A DNA stretch of 64,000 bases, taken from Candidatus Multivoradales bacterium (GTDB taxonomy: Bacteria; Acidobacteriota; Thermoanaerobaculia; Multivoradales; JAHEKO01). The DNA lies in the NCBI GenBank assembly GCA_965248055.1, contig CBDFIJ010000004.1, positions 1,888,001 to 1,952,000 on the forward strand, in the 5' to 3' direction. The position numbers were made by a program, and so were the translations under genes. Below the pieces are notes generated by a model that worked only from the letters and a program-made list of their open reading frames with translations, did no database searches and had not been told where the DNA came from. Position 1 is the first letter of the stretch. Every line of letters starts with the position of its first letter. Below, piece after piece: positions 49,310 to 61,983 of the stretch.

Positions 49310-49924
49310 CTACTCCACCTCAGGGTGGTTCGCCGATGATCGACGGGTTACCCGAATTAGGTTAATTCCGTTTACCGTTGCGTGAGCGATCATGGGTGCG
49401 ACCAAAGTGCCGGTCCAAAGGTAGAGCGATCCCAGCCCCAAGCCGGCCAGCGCGGCGACCGCCGCCCAGAGAACTCCCGCACGCCCTGGACCCAGGTGGG
49501 CAACCCCAAACGCAGCAGCACTCACCCAGATTCCCCAGGCCGGCAGCATCGCGCCCCGAAAAAAGAGCTCTTCAGCAAACCCTGACAACAAGCACAGAGC
49601 CCAAAGCTCCGAGCGGTGAAACTGTCCGACGATCTCGGCAATGTGTTTTTCCAGGGCCTTCAGCGGAGGAATAAGCCGCAGCAAAAACCAAGCTCCGGCC
49701 AACCCGGCGCCCGCCGCCAGTCCAAGGCCAATATCGCGCAACCATGATTGAGAGTCAAAGAAGTGCTGCCAGCTAAGCCCGGTTGCGCCAACGCTGGCCC
49801 ACAGGGCGCCGCCGAGCGCCAGAGCCATGTAGAACCACCAAGCTCGGCGGTAGATCGAGCTACTGCCGGCAAATGGATTCCAAAACGGCTGGTTTCCGGC
49901 TTGGCCTTCGGCGGAGGGTCGCAA
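49310..49924 (-). CDS. CPBP (CAAX) intramembrane metalloprotease
   Basis: EELFFRG, FGVAH, AHATVN. Confidence 0.85.
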   Translation of the reverse strand: MRPSAEGQAGNQPFWNPFAGSSSIYRRAWWFYMALALGGALWASVGATGLSWQHFFDSQSWLRDIGLGLAAGAGLAGAWFLLRLIPPLKALEKHIAEIVGQFHRSELWALCLLSGFAEELFFRGAMLPAWGIWVSAAAFGVAHLGPGRAGVLWAAVAALAGLGLGSLYLWTGTLVAPMIAHATVNGINLIRVTRRSSANHPEVE

Positions 49925-49936
49925 TAGCTCCGAAAC

Positions 49937-52465
49937 CTATTCGCTGTCTTTATTGGTGTCAGTGGCGATGCTCTCTTGCGGGCTTTCTTCGGCACTGGCT
50001 TCTTCCATCGTCGCATCCTCCGGCTCGCCGAGCTTGGCCATCGAAACCAGGATGTCGTCGCCCTCGATGTCCATCAACTTGACACCCTGAGTCGAACGGC
50101 CGGTCACCCGCACACCGCTGACACCGGTGCGAATGATCTTTCCTTCCTGGGTGATCATTAACAGCCCTTCGTCGGGTAGCACTTGGCGCGAACCAATCAC
50201 CGGGCCCGTCTTGTCCGAGACTTTGAGGTTGATGATTCCTTTGCCGCCGCGACCCTGAATCCGGTAGGCCGAGAGATCGGTGCGTTTGCCGATCCCGCGG
50301 GCCGCCACAGTGAGGATCTCGCCCTCGTCGCCCAGCACTTCCATCGACACCACCTTGTCGCCCTTGCGCAAGGAGATTCCGCGCACGCCGCGGGTCGCTC
50401 GACCCATCAGTCGGGCGTCTTTTTCGGGGAAACGGATGGCGAACCCCTTCGCGGTGGCCAAGAAAACATTCTCCCCGGGGGTCACTTGTCGTACCCCTAA
50501 GAGACGGTCGTCGTCGTCAATGTTGATGCCGATAATCCCTCCGGAGCGCGGCCTTGAGTAGGCCTCGAGGCTGGTTTTCTTGACCGTTCCCTTCTCGGTC
50601 ACGAACACTAGGCTGCGCTCCTGGTCGGCAAAGTCGTGCACCGAGACCGTCGCCGCCAGTTTTTCGTCGTCGGCCAAGGACAACAGGTTGACGATCGCCT
50701 TGCCGCGGGCCGCGGGGCCCATCTGGGGGATGTCGTAGACCTTGAGCCAATGCACCCGACCTGATTGGGTGAAGACCAAAATATAGCTGTGCGCCGAGGC
50801 CACGTGAACGTGCTCGACCCAGTCGCCCTCTTTGGCGTCCATTCCTTTGCGCCCTTTTCCGCCACGATTTTGGGCGCGGTAGAGCGACAACGGAGATCGC
50901 TTGACGTAGCCCGCCTGGGACACGGTGATCACCATGTCTTCGTCGGCGATTAAGTCTTCGACCGTGTAGTCCTTCAGTTTGTCGACAATCTGCGAACGGC
51001 GTGCGTCGCCGTAGGTGTCGCGAAGCTCGGCCAGCTCGCGCTGGATCTCTCCTGCCACCAGCTGATCGGAGGCCAAGATCGCGCGTAGCCCTTCAATCAC
51101 ACGAGAGAGCTCTTGGTACTCCTCGACCACCTTGTCGCGCTCAAGTCCAGTGAGTTTCTGCAGGCGCATCTCCAGGATCGCTTGGGCCTGCGGCTGGGAG
51201 AGGGAAAAGCCTTCCATCAACCGTTCGCGCGCTTGGGCCGGGGTTTGGCTGGAGCGAATGGTGGCGATCACCTGGTCGAGATGATCCAGCGCCTTGAGGA
51301 TTCCTTCCAAGATATGCGCGCGTTCTTCCGCCTTGCGCAGATCAAAACGGGTGCGGCGAACCACTACGGTTTTGCGGTGGTTAATGAAGTGGACCAGAAT
51401 GTTCTTAAGCGGTAGAACCTGGGGCTGGTTGTCGACAATCGCCAGCAGAATGATTCCGTAGGAGGTCTGCAGTGGAGTCATCTTGTAAAGCTGGTTGAGT
51501 AAGATCTCGGGAACTTCTCCACGCTTGAGATCGACCACCACGCGGATGCCGTCTCGGTCTGATTCGTCGCGCAGGTCGCGTACGCCTTCAATTTTCTTGT
51601 TGCGTACCAGGTCAGCGATTTTCTCCATCAATCGCGCTTTGTTGACTTGGTAGGGCAACTCGGTGACGACGATCGATTGTCGATCGCCGCGGACCTGGGT
51701 TTCGATCGCCGCCCGGGCGCGCAGTTGAATCGACCCGCGACCGGTTCGGTAGGCCGACTCGACCCCCTCCACGCCGTGGATAAATCCAGCGGTGGGAAAG
51801 TCCGGGGCAGGAATCTTGGTCATTAGGTCTTCGACGGTGGCGTCAGGGTTCTCGAGCAAGAGCAACACGCCGTCGATCACCTCGGTGAGGTTGTGGGGCG
51901 GAATGTTAGTCGCCATGCCGACCGCAATTCCGGACGAGCCGTTGACCAACAAGTTGGGCACCCGGGCCGGGAGCACGGTGGGCTCGGCCAAAGATCCGTC
52001 GTAGTTGATGGTCCAGTCAATGGTCTCTTTGTCGATGTCCTCGCGCAGCATTTCCTGGGCCAAGCGGGTCAAGCGCACTTCGGTGTAACGCATGGCCGCT
52101 GGGCTGTCGCCGTCAATCGAGCCAAAGTTTCCTTGGCCATCAACCATGGTGTAGCGCATCGAAAAATCTTGCGCCAGGCGCACCACGGTGTCGTAGATCG
52201 GGCCGTCGCCGTGAGGGTGGTACTTACCCATGACGTCACCAACGATGCGGGCTGACTTTTTGTAGGGACGGTTGGCTAGGCTGCCGCCTTCCCACATACC
52301 GTAGAGCACCCTTCGGTGTACCGGCTTGAGTCCGTCCCGCACGTCGGGGAGCGCCCGGCCAACGATCACGCTCATCGCGTAGTCGAGGTAGGAGTGCTTC
52401 ATCTCCTCTTCGATGTAGTGGTCCACCGAAGAATCAAACGGGAGAACGCGGTCGCTGTCGCTCAT
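49937..52465 (-). CDS. gyrA: DNA gyrase subunit A
   Basis: GKYHPHGD, AAMRYTE, GyrA box QNRGGKG. Confidence 0.97.
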   Translation of the reverse strand: MSDSDRVLPFDSSVDHYIEEEMKHSYLDYAMSVIVGRALPDVRDGLKPVHRRVLYGMWEGGSLANRPYKKSARIVGDVMGKYHPHGDGPIYDTVVRLAQDFSMRYTMVDGQGNFGSIDGDSPAAMRYTEVRLTRLAQEMLREDIDKETIDWTINYDGSLAEPTVLPARVPNLLVNGSSGIAVGMATNIPPHNLTEVIDGVLLLLENPDATVEDLMTKIPAPDFPTAGFIHGVEGVESAYRTGRGSIQLRARAAIETQVRGDRQSIVVTELPYQVNKARLMEKIADLVRNKKIEGVRDLRDESDRDGIRVVVDLKRGEVPEILLNQLYKMTPLQTSYGIILLAIVDNQPQVLPLKNILVHFINHRKTVVVRRTRFDLRKAEERAHILEGILKALDHLDQVIATIRSSQTPAQARERLMEGFSLSQPQAQAILEMRLQKLTGLERDKVVEEYQELSRVIEGLRAILASDQLVAGEIQRELAELRDTYGDARRSQIVDKLKDYTVEDLIADEDMVITVSQAGYVKRSPLSLYRAQNRGGKGRKGMDAKEGDWVEHVHVASAHSYILVFTQSGRVHWLKVYDIPQMGPAARGKAIVNLLSLADDEKLAATVSVHDFADQERSLVFVTEKGTVKKTSLEAYSRPRSGGIIGINIDDDDRLLGVRQVTPGENVFLATAKGFAIRFPEKDARLMGRATRGVRGISLRKGDKVVSMEVLGDEGEILTVAARGIGKRTDLSAYRIQGRGGKGIINLKVSDKTGPVIGSRQVLPDEGLLMITQEGKIIRTGVSGVRVTGRSTQGVKLMDIEGDDILVSMAKLGEPEDATMEEASAEESPQESIATDTNKDSE

Positions 52466-52485
52466 AACTTCTGCTTCCTGCTCGG

Positions 52486-54948
<2,463 letters not shown>

Positions 54949-55146
54949 TCAGGAGAGCGGAAAGAGCCAAGGAGAAGCGTTGCTTCCAGCTCGGTTGACC
55001 CTTGCCTCGCAGGGCCAAATTCTAGCACGTAGAGAGGCTGTTTTTCTACTGCCTGTGGGAAAAATAAGCCGTTTTTTTACAACAACTTAGTGCTCGACAC
55101 CTTCTGCTTATCTGGTCGGTATGAAAAGTCTCTAGCGAGCGCCGGA

Positions 55147-56229
55147 TTAGGTTCCGTTCACCATCCCTTCGACGGCTGTATGGGTCACCCCCTCGGTGCC
55201 GTTTTGCCATGCTTCCGATTGACTGGAGGTGGCTATCACCTGGGGCAGTTGGTCGACCATTGCACAGACCTTAAGGCGCCTCTGAGCGTCTAGGTCGGAG
55301 TCTATGTCGTCGATCAATAGTACTGGCTTGAGACCGGCTTCGACCAGTCGCTCCACCACTGCGGCAAACAGCGCCAAAGTAAGGGCCTTTTTTTCTCCTC
55401 TGGATCCTCTCTTGCGCACCTCCACTTGATTCCAGGTACATTTCCAGTCGTCCCTCTGGGGGCCCCAAAGTGGATACCCACAGGCTTGTTCCTCGCTCTC
55501 TCTTTGCCGCAGCGATTGCAAAATCAACTCCTCGGTTGGCCCCTCGTTGGTTGGCCATGGGTCGCGCCCCGCGGTCGACGCTAGATAGCTGAGCTGTGGT
55601 TCGCTTCCGGGTAGCCCTAGCTCTGTCACCAGGTGCTGGGTTCTTTTTTCCAGGTCGCCAATAAACGCCTTTCTCCACCGTTGTACTTGTTCGGCCAGTG
55701 GCGCCAGAAGTTGATTCCAAGGGTCAACTGGTTGTCCTTGGGCCAGAGCGCCCCTCTTGGAGTCCAATACCCTTCTAAGCCTAGCCAGGAGCACCAGCGC
55801 GTCTGGTTTTTCATTGATCAAGCTGCTGTCAAGGAAACGACGTCGGCTGGCGGGCTCTCCCTCCAATAGGTTGGTGTCTCTCGCCGAATAGGCGACGATC
55901 GGTTGTACCTTGAGATGGTTGATCATCGATGCACTTGATCCGTTTACCATGCGGCGCACCCCTTCTTGGCCGCTCCAGGCCAGCCGCAGTTCAACGCGCC
56001 CGTGGTTCTCGGTTTCAATTGCTGTCGAAAAAACAGGACCGGCGTTGGCACAACACTCGGCAAAGCGATGAGTTGTAAAACTCTTACTTGTTGCCGCCAA
56101 ATATATGGCTTCTAGAACGCTGGTCTTGCCCGCGCCATTGTCGCCAATAAGCAACGACCAACCGGGACCAAATTCAATCTGGCTATCTTGAAGGTTTCTA
56201 AACTGCGCGGTTTGGAGAGAGCGGATCAA
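55147..56229 (-). CDS. recF: DNA replication/repair protein RecF
   Basis: GDNGAGKTS, RRRFLD, GPQRDD, LLIDDIDSDLD; located between dnaN and gyrB. Confidence 0.88.
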   Translation of the reverse strand: MIRSLQTAQFRNLQDSQIEFGPGWSLLIGDNGAGKTSVLEAIYLAATSKSFTTHRFAECCANAGPVFSTAIETENHGRVELRLAWSGQEGVRRMVNGSSASMINHLKVQPIVAYSARDTNLLEGEPASRRRFLDSSLINEKPDALVLLARLRRVLDSKRGALAQGQPVDPWNQLLAPLAEQVQRWRKAFIGDLEKRTQHLVTELGLPGSEPQLSYLASTAGRDPWPTNEGPTEELILQSLRQRESEEQACGYPLWGPQRDDWKCTWNQVEVRKRGSRGEKKALTLALFAAVVERLVEAGLKPVLLIDDIDSDLDAQRRLKVCAMVDQLPQVIATSSQSEAWQNGTEGVTHTAVEGMVNGT

Positions 56230-56235
56230 CCCTTA

Positions 56236-57336
56236 TTATGCGTTCAGCCTCATCGGCATGATGACGCACAGGTAGCGAGTGTCTTTGCCTTCGACCGGAA
56301 CCGCCACGCTCTGGGCGTTTTCGTCTTTCAAGTGGATCTTTATCTTTTTGGTTTCCACCGCGGTTAGAAACTGCGCTAAATAATCCGGGTTGAGTCCTAT
56401 TTTTACTTCGTCGCCGGTCATTGAGCATTCTAACTGTTCCACCGCCTCTCCCAGTTCCGGATTGGTCGCCGAAACTGTCAACTGGTCGTCACCAAACTCA
56501 CAACGAACCGATCGCAGTCGATCTCCGGTGAGCAAAGAAACACGCTGCACAACTTCTAACAACTCGGCCCTGCTGATAATCGCGTTCTTCTCATGATCGC
56601 GAGCGATGACTCTTTCGTAGTCAGGAAAGGTCCCCTCAAGAATTCGGCAAATCAAGGTTCTGTGACCCAGTTCAAAAGAAAGGTGGTTTTCCCCTCGGGA
56701 AAAGCCAACCTCACCGTCGCCGTCGAGTCGCTGTAGCTCCATCAGTGCTTTGCGCGGAATCAAAACTCCTTCCGCCTCTTCTCCGCCCTCTACTTGGTTC
56801 TCCACCAACGCCAACCGATGCCCGTCGGTGGCGACAATCTCCATTGACCCTTTCTTCATTTTGAGCAAGGCACCGTTGAGTTGAAAACGGGAGTCCTCAG
56901 TGGAGACGGCAAAAATAACCTTGCCCACCATTCCTTGCAGGGTGGCAAAAGGCAGGTTTAAGGATTCACCTTCAACCTTGGGCAGTTTGGGAAATTCCTC
57001 GGTGGACAGGCCGTGGATTTTGAACCGTGATTTGCCAGCCTTGATCTCCAGCGCATTTCCTTCGTCGCAAATCAAACGCAGTTGATCCCCCGAGCAAGCG
57101 CGAACAATCTCGTGAAACTTCTTTGCCGGCACCACCACTCCACCCTCTTGGACAACCTCACCTTCAACCGAAGAAGTCAAAGAAACATCGAGATCGGTCG
57201 CGGCCAACCGAACCTGCTCGCCTGAAGCCTCAATCATCACGTGAGAAAGAACTCGAATGGTGCTCTTACGTTCGACGATCCCCATCATTGGAGAGAGTTC
57301 TTGCAAAAAAGCGGTTCTGTCCACAAGTAGTTCCAT
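56236..57336 (-). CDS. dnaN: DNA polymerase III beta clamp
   Basis: ATDLD, VATDGHRLA, FPDYERVI, VIMPMRL; ATG at 57336. Confidence 0.96.
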   Translation of the reverse strand: MELLVDRTAFLQELSPMMGIVERKSTIRVLSHVMIEASGEQVRLAATDLDVSLTSSVEGEVVQEGGVVVPAKKFHEIVRACSGDQLRLICDEGNALEIKAGKSRFKIHGLSTEEFPKLPKVEGESLNLPFATLQGMVGKVIFAVSTEDSRFQLNGALLKMKKGSMEIVATDGHRLALVENQVEGGEEAEGVLIPRKALMELQRLDGDGEVGFSRGENHLSFELGHRTLICRILEGTFPDYERVIARDHEKNAIISRAELLEVVQRVSLLTGDRLRSVRCEFGDDQLTVSATNPELGEAVEQLECSMTGDEVKIGLNPDYLAQFLTAVETKKIKIHLKDENAQSVAVPVEGKDTRYLCVIMPMRLNA

Positions 57337-57656
57337 AGGGGTTCTCCTCTTACGATTAAGATTCTTCAATATAACACATCGTAGTAGTAGTAGAGGCAGC
57401 TAACGAGAACTGGAAAACGTCTTTAAACAACCAAAAATAAACAACTTAGAAGACGTCTTTGCTGTAGAAAACCCTTCGCAAGAGCTATGGAAGAGCTGTG
57501 GATCAACAGTGGACAAATTGAGTTTGTTTTAAAGGGCTCGCTTTTCCATAGCCCGCCCCACAAGATAACCACAGGCCAGACCTCTCAAAGAAAGCCACCC
57601 AAGAGATTATCCCGGGCTCCCCCAAAGAGAGCCGGTAGAAAAAGACGACAAGAAAA
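57337..57656. other. Probable oriC unwinding sub-region (dnaA-dnaN spacer)
   Basis: DnaA-trio run (TAG)4 at 57382-57393 next to an AT-rich tract; degenerate DnaA boxes, e.g. TGTGGATCA 57497, AGTGGACAA 57508, ATAACCACA 57565. Confidence 0.8.
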
Positions 57657-58949
57657 CTAGGCGAAATGACGGAGAAACTGTTCCAAGGTACGGGCAAAGT
57701 CGGAGTCGCGGTCGCGCTGCTGGTCGATGCGCTCAACCGCGTGCATCACCGTGGTGTGGTGTTTGCCAGCGAACAGCTTGCCTATTTCCGGGAACGATAG
57801 ATCGGTCAAATGACGACAGAGGTACATCGCAACCTGACGCGGAAAGGCGATCTGCCGAGAGTTGCTCTTGCTCTTGATCTCGGTCACCTTCAAACCATAG
57901 TGGCGCGCCACCATGCGCACCACCTCGCTGGCGATTTGTCGGTGGTCATCTTGCGGCAAGATGTCTTTCAGGGTCTCCTTGGCGAGCTCGAGGCTGAGCG
58001 GATTGCCGGTCAGCGAAGAAAAGGCCACCACGCGATTGAGGTGCCCCTCGAGCTCGCGGACATTGGAACGTACTTGGCGCGCAATAAACAGCGCAACGTC
58101 ACCCGGAAGCGAGACCCCGGCTACCTCAGCCTTGCGGCGCAAAATCGCAACCTTGGTCTCTAGGTCGGGCGGCTGTAGGTCGGCAATTAAGCCCCACTCG
58201 AAGCGGCTGCGCAGGCGCTCTTCCAGGGTTGGAATCTGCCGCGGCGAGGAGTCCGAGGAGAGAATAATTTGCTTCTCTCGAGTGTAGAGCGTGTTGAAAG
58301 TGTGGAAAAACTCTTCTTGGGTGCGCTCTTTGTTGGCCAAAAATTGAATGTCGTCGACCAACAAGATGTCGATCGACCGATAGCGCTCGCGAAAAGCCGG
58401 CATCCGGTTAAAGCGCAGTGAACTAATCAACTCGTTGACAAACTGCTCGGCGGGCAAATAGAGAATGCGCAGGTGTGGATTGCGGCGCGCGATCAGATGA
58501 CCGGTGGCGTGCAACAGATGGGTCTTACCCAGACCAACGCCACCGTAGAGAAAAAGCGGGTTGTAGCTATTGAACGGATTCTCAGCAACCGCCCGGGCGG
58601 CGGCGTAGGCAAACTGATTGGAGCTGCCGACCACGAACGAATCAAAAATGTAACGCGGATTGAACTGCCCATCCTTGGCGGGCACCTCCGGCGTCGGCAG
58701 CGGCAACCGCGGAGCCACAGTGATGCGCAATTGTTGCAGCCCGCCCCCGAGGTCGTCCAAGGCGCGCTGGAAGGTTCCCTTGTGGGCGGCTTCGAGTGCC
58801 GTACGAAAGCGATCATTGGGAGCGATCAAGACCAACTCTTGGTCGGAACTGGCCTCTACCGAAAGAGGTCGTACCCAGGTCGCAAAGTCGTCGGGCTCGA
58901 GTTGGTTCTCGAGGTGCTTTCGGAGTTCTGGCCAGAGAGATGATGACAT
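57657..58949 (-). CDS. dnaA: Chromosomal replication initiator DnaA
   Basis: YNPLFLYGGVGLGKTHL, DDIQF, RLRSRFEWG, HTTVMHA. Confidence 0.97.
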   Translation of the reverse strand: MSSSLWPELRKHLENQLEPDDFATWVRPLSVEASSDQELVLIAPNDRFRTALEAAHKGTFQRALDDLGGGLQQLRITVAPRLPLPTPEVPAKDGQFNPRYIFDSFVVGSSNQFAYAAARAVAENPFNSYNPLFLYGGVGLGKTHLLHATGHLIARRNPHLRILYLPAEQFVNELISSLRFNRMPAFRERYRSIDILLVDDIQFLANKERTQEEFFHTFNTLYTREKQIILSSDSSPRQIPTLEERLRSRFEWGLIADLQPPDLETKVAILRRKAEVAGVSLPGDVALFIARQVRSNVRELEGHLNRVVAFSSLTGNPLSLELAKETLKDILPQDDHRQIASEVVRMVARHYGLKVTEIKSKSNSRQIAFPRQVAMYLCRHLTDLSFPEIGKLFAGKHHTTVMHAVERIDQQRDRDSDFARTLEQFLRHFA

Positions 58950-58959
58950 GCTTACCGAG

Positions 58960-58991
58960 TTATCCACAGGCAATCCACAAGCCGTGGAAAA
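58960..58991. promoter_or_regulatory. DnaA box cluster upstream of dnaA
   Basis: Perfect TTATCCACA 58960-58968, CAATCCACA 58971-58979, CGTGGAAAA 58983-58991. Confidence 0.82.
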
Positions 58992-59084
58992 CCGTCAGTT
59001 CAACCGAAGAACAATCCGTCCTTCTGTCGAAGGGGGGCGGATCTTAGCACAGGCTTTATCCGCCGCAACCCGAGCCAAAATGGC

Positions 59085-60788
59085 TCAAAAAGGGGCGGAA
59101 AGAGCGGCTGCGTCGGCTGGCAACTCAAGCCCTTGGGGCACTGCCAGACGGAGTGAAAAACCCTGTAAAAGATTGGCGACTTGAGCCGCTTGACGCTCTT
59201 CTAAGAAGCGCCAAAAAGAGGGTGGCCGGGGAAAAAAAGCGACCCCTGCGTCTTGCGGGTCCAGCCCTGCTTTTTCTGCCGCCGTCTCGATTGCCGTCGA
59301 CAATCCACCGAGTTCGTCAACCAGCCCCAAATCAAGCGCCTGAGTGCCAGTCCAGATGCGCCCTTGGGCCGCCCGCTCGACTGCCTCGGGGGTCATCTGA
59401 CGACCTTCGGCGACGTGCTGAGTAAAGCGCCGATAGGTACGTTCGATCAGGGTGCGCACCCGCTCCGATTGGGGTTCAGAAAAACGATCTAAGATCGAAA
59501 AATAATTGGCGTTGTCGCCGCGCTGGATCGAGTCATGGGAGATGCCGAGCAGCTCTTGTTCAAAGGCGCGGGTTGCGACCTTGCCGAAGACCACTCCGAC
59601 AGAACCGGTAATGGTCGCCGCCTCGGCCACCACGTGGTGGGCGCGCGCGGCGATGTAGTAGCCGCCGGAGGCGGCAACGTCGGACATGGAGACCACCACC
59701 GGTTTGGTTTCAGCCAATTGCTGCACCGAGCGCAAAATCAAATCGGAGGCCAAGGCCGAGCCACCGGGGCTATTGATGCGCAAAACTACCGCCTCAACCG
59801 AGGCATCTTCCGCTAGCTCATCGAGCAGCTCAATAATTTCGCCCGAAGCGATCGATCGCTGTTGGGTCCAAGGATCATAGGAGGCCGCGCCGCGGACGAT
59901 GGTCCCCTGGGCGAAGACCACGGCGACCTTGCCGCGAGAGGGCTTCTTACGAGCGTAATCGCCAAGCTCGACCCAGGCGGGGTCTTCGCCGAGCTCTTGC
60001 TCCAAACGATTCTGGAAACCATCGTGGTAGTCGAGGGCATCGACCATGCCCATCGACAGCGCCTCGTCGGCGTCGTAGGGGGCGCCGTTGATAATCGCCG
60101 AAACCGAGGCGGCCGGCAGTCCGCGGGCTTCTGCAACCGCGCTGACGATTTGCCCATAGAGATCGTCCAGAACCGTTTCATAGGACTCTTCGGCGGCGGG
60201 AGAAAGCTCGCTGCGGGTGAAGGTCTCACCGGCGCCTTTATAAGTTCCAGCTTGATAGAAGTCGGGCTCGACCTTGAGCTTGTCCAGGGTTCCGCGATAG
60301 AACGACAGGTCCCAGAACAACCCCATCAGATTCAAATCTCCAGCTGGAGCCAAAGTGATCCGCTCGCAGGCAGTCGCCAAGTAGTAGTCCAAGGTGCCGT
60401 TGCCGCCCGCGCCGACCGTTTCCAGAAAGCACTCAGTGCGCTTGCCTTGGTCGCGCAAGCGCAGCAACAACCGGCGAACCTCTTGTGCCCGAGCTAGCCC
60501 AATCCGGGGGCCGTCGATGGTGACGGCGAGCGCCACAACCGAATCATCTTCGGCCGCAGATTCCAGGGTCAAGTAGAGGTTGGCGAGGCTACGCGAGGGA
60601 CCGGCAGAGAACGGCAAGGGTGCCTCCGCGACATAATCCGGCAGGGTCCCCGATAGGGTCAAGGCGAGGATCTTGTTGCCACCGCTAAAGACCGTGGAAC
60701 TAGACCCCGAAGAAAAATAGAACGCCGCCCCAGCGACAACCACCGAGACCAGCAACAGCAAAAGAAGAACAACGAGAAAACGTTTCAT
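59085..60788 (-). CDS. sppA: Signal peptide peptidase SppA (long form)
   Basis: GTYKGAGE, RINSPGGSALAS, SMSDVAASGGYY, GRIWTG. Confidence 0.92.
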   Translation of the reverse strand: MKRFLVVLLLLLLVSVVVAGAAFYFSSGSSSTVFSGGNKILALTLSGTLPDYVAEAPLPFSAGPSRSLANLYLTLESAAEDDSVVALAVTIDGPRIGLARAQEVRRLLLRLRDQGKRTECFLETVGAGGNGTLDYYLATACERITLAPAGDLNLMGLFWDLSFYRGTLDKLKVEPDFYQAGTYKGAGETFTRSELSPAAEESYETVLDDLYGQIVSAVAEARGLPAASVSAIINGAPYDADEALSMGMVDALDYHDGFQNRLEQELGEDPAWVELGDYARKKPSRGKVAVVFAQGTIVRGAASYDPWTQQRSIASGEIIELLDELAEDASVEAVVLRINSPGGSALASDLILRSVQQLAETKPVVVSMSDVAASGGYYIAARAHHVVAEAATITGSVGVVFGKVATRAFEQELLGISHDSIQRGDNANYFSILDRFSEPQSERVRTLIERTYRRFTQHVAEGRQMTPEAVERAAQGRIWTGTQALDLGLVDELGGLSTAIETAAEKAGLDPQDAGVAFFPRPPSFWRFLEERQAAQVANLLQGFSLRLAVPQGLELPADAAALSAPF

Positions 60789-60899
60789 GGTGAGCAAGAA
60801 TCGTAACAGGGTTGGCCTGGTTCACGACATCACGGCGAGGATTTCCCGGGCGCCCTATTACCTCCGCTGGCCAAGTGAGATAGCGAGAAGGCCCAACCG

Positions 60900-61973
60900 A
60901 TGACAACCGGACAACCGAGGCCGACCAAGGGTGCGCGTCAACTGCTCGCCTGGTACGACCGTAACCAACGTCAGCTGCCGTGGCGCCAAGATCGCGACCC
61001 TTACCGGGTATTGGTGTCTGAGTTCATGTTGCAGCAAACCCGCGTTGAGGTCATCGCCAGCCGGTTTGTTCGATTCATAGAACGGTTTCCGACCGTTGAG
61101 GAGTTGGCTGCTGCCCCAGAAGAAGAGGTGGTTGCCGAGTGGAGCGGACTTGGCTACTACCGCCGGGCTCGCAACCTGTGGGCAAGCGCGCGCCAAATAC
61201 AAGGGCGGGGAGGATGGCCGACCACCGCCACGGAATTGAAACAATTGCCGGGGGTTGGCGAGTACACCGCCGCCGCAGTGGCCTCCATCGCCTTCGGTCA
61301 ACCAATCGCAGTACTCGACGGAAATGTGCGACGGGTGATGACACGGTTGCTCGCTGAGCCTGGGAACCCAGCCAGCCGAGCGGTCGTCAACCGGCTCCAA
61401 GACGAAGCAGGCCGTTGGCTGGACGAATCTCGACCCGGAGACAGCAACCAGGCTTTGATGGAACTTGGGGCGACGGTTTGCAAACCCCAGCCGAAATGTG
61501 GCGTCTGCCCGGTGGCCGACCAATGCCTAGCCCAGCAACGCGGGGAGGAGCGGGTCTACCCAACCGTTGCGCCGACCTCACCAAGACAGCATCGTCGCTG
61601 GCAGGTGGCGATTCTTGAGCGGGGTGCCGAGATTCTGTTGCTGCGTCGAGGCGAAGATGAAAAATGGCTACCAGGGATGTTTGAACTGCCCTGGGTAGTG
61701 GGACCAGAGGGACCGCTAGCGAAACCGCAAGTGGCGGAGGCGGAAGCGGCATTGAGCAATAAACTTGGCCGAAGGGTGACACTTGAGCGCCACCTAGGAG
61801 TGATTTCCCACGCGATCGGTCGACGATCGATTCGTGCCGGGGTGTGGTTGGCGCAAGCGGCGAATGGAAGACAAGCACCCCATGGCGACCACGCCGGAGT
61901 TTGGGTTAAGCGCGATCAGGTCACCGACCTACCGACCACCTCTTTGGTGGGCAAGGCTCTCGCCAAGTCCTAG
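60900..61973 (+). CDS. mutY: A/G-specific adenine glycosylase
   Basis: LPWR, SEFMLQQTRV, WSGLGYYRRARNL, LPGVGEYTA, CKPQPKCGVCP..C. Confidence 0.95.
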   Translation: MTTGQPRPTKGARQLLAWYDRNQRQLPWRQDRDPYRVLVSEFMLQQTRVEVIASRFVRFIERFPTVEELAAAPEEEVVAEWSGLGYYRRARNLWASARQIQGRGGWPTTATELKQLPGVGEYTAAAVASIAFGQPIAVLDGNVRRVMTRLLAEPGNPASRAVVNRLQDEAGRWLDESRPGDSNQALMELGATVCKPQPKCGVCPVADQCLAQQRGEERVYPTVAPTSPRQHRRWQVAILERGAEILLLRRGEDEKWLPGMFELPWVVGPEGPLAKPQVAEAEAALSNKLGRRVTLERHLGVISHAIGRRSIRAGVWLAQAANGRQAPHGDHAGVWVKRDQVTDLPTTSLVGKALAKS

Positions 61974-61983
61974 CCTGCGGCCA

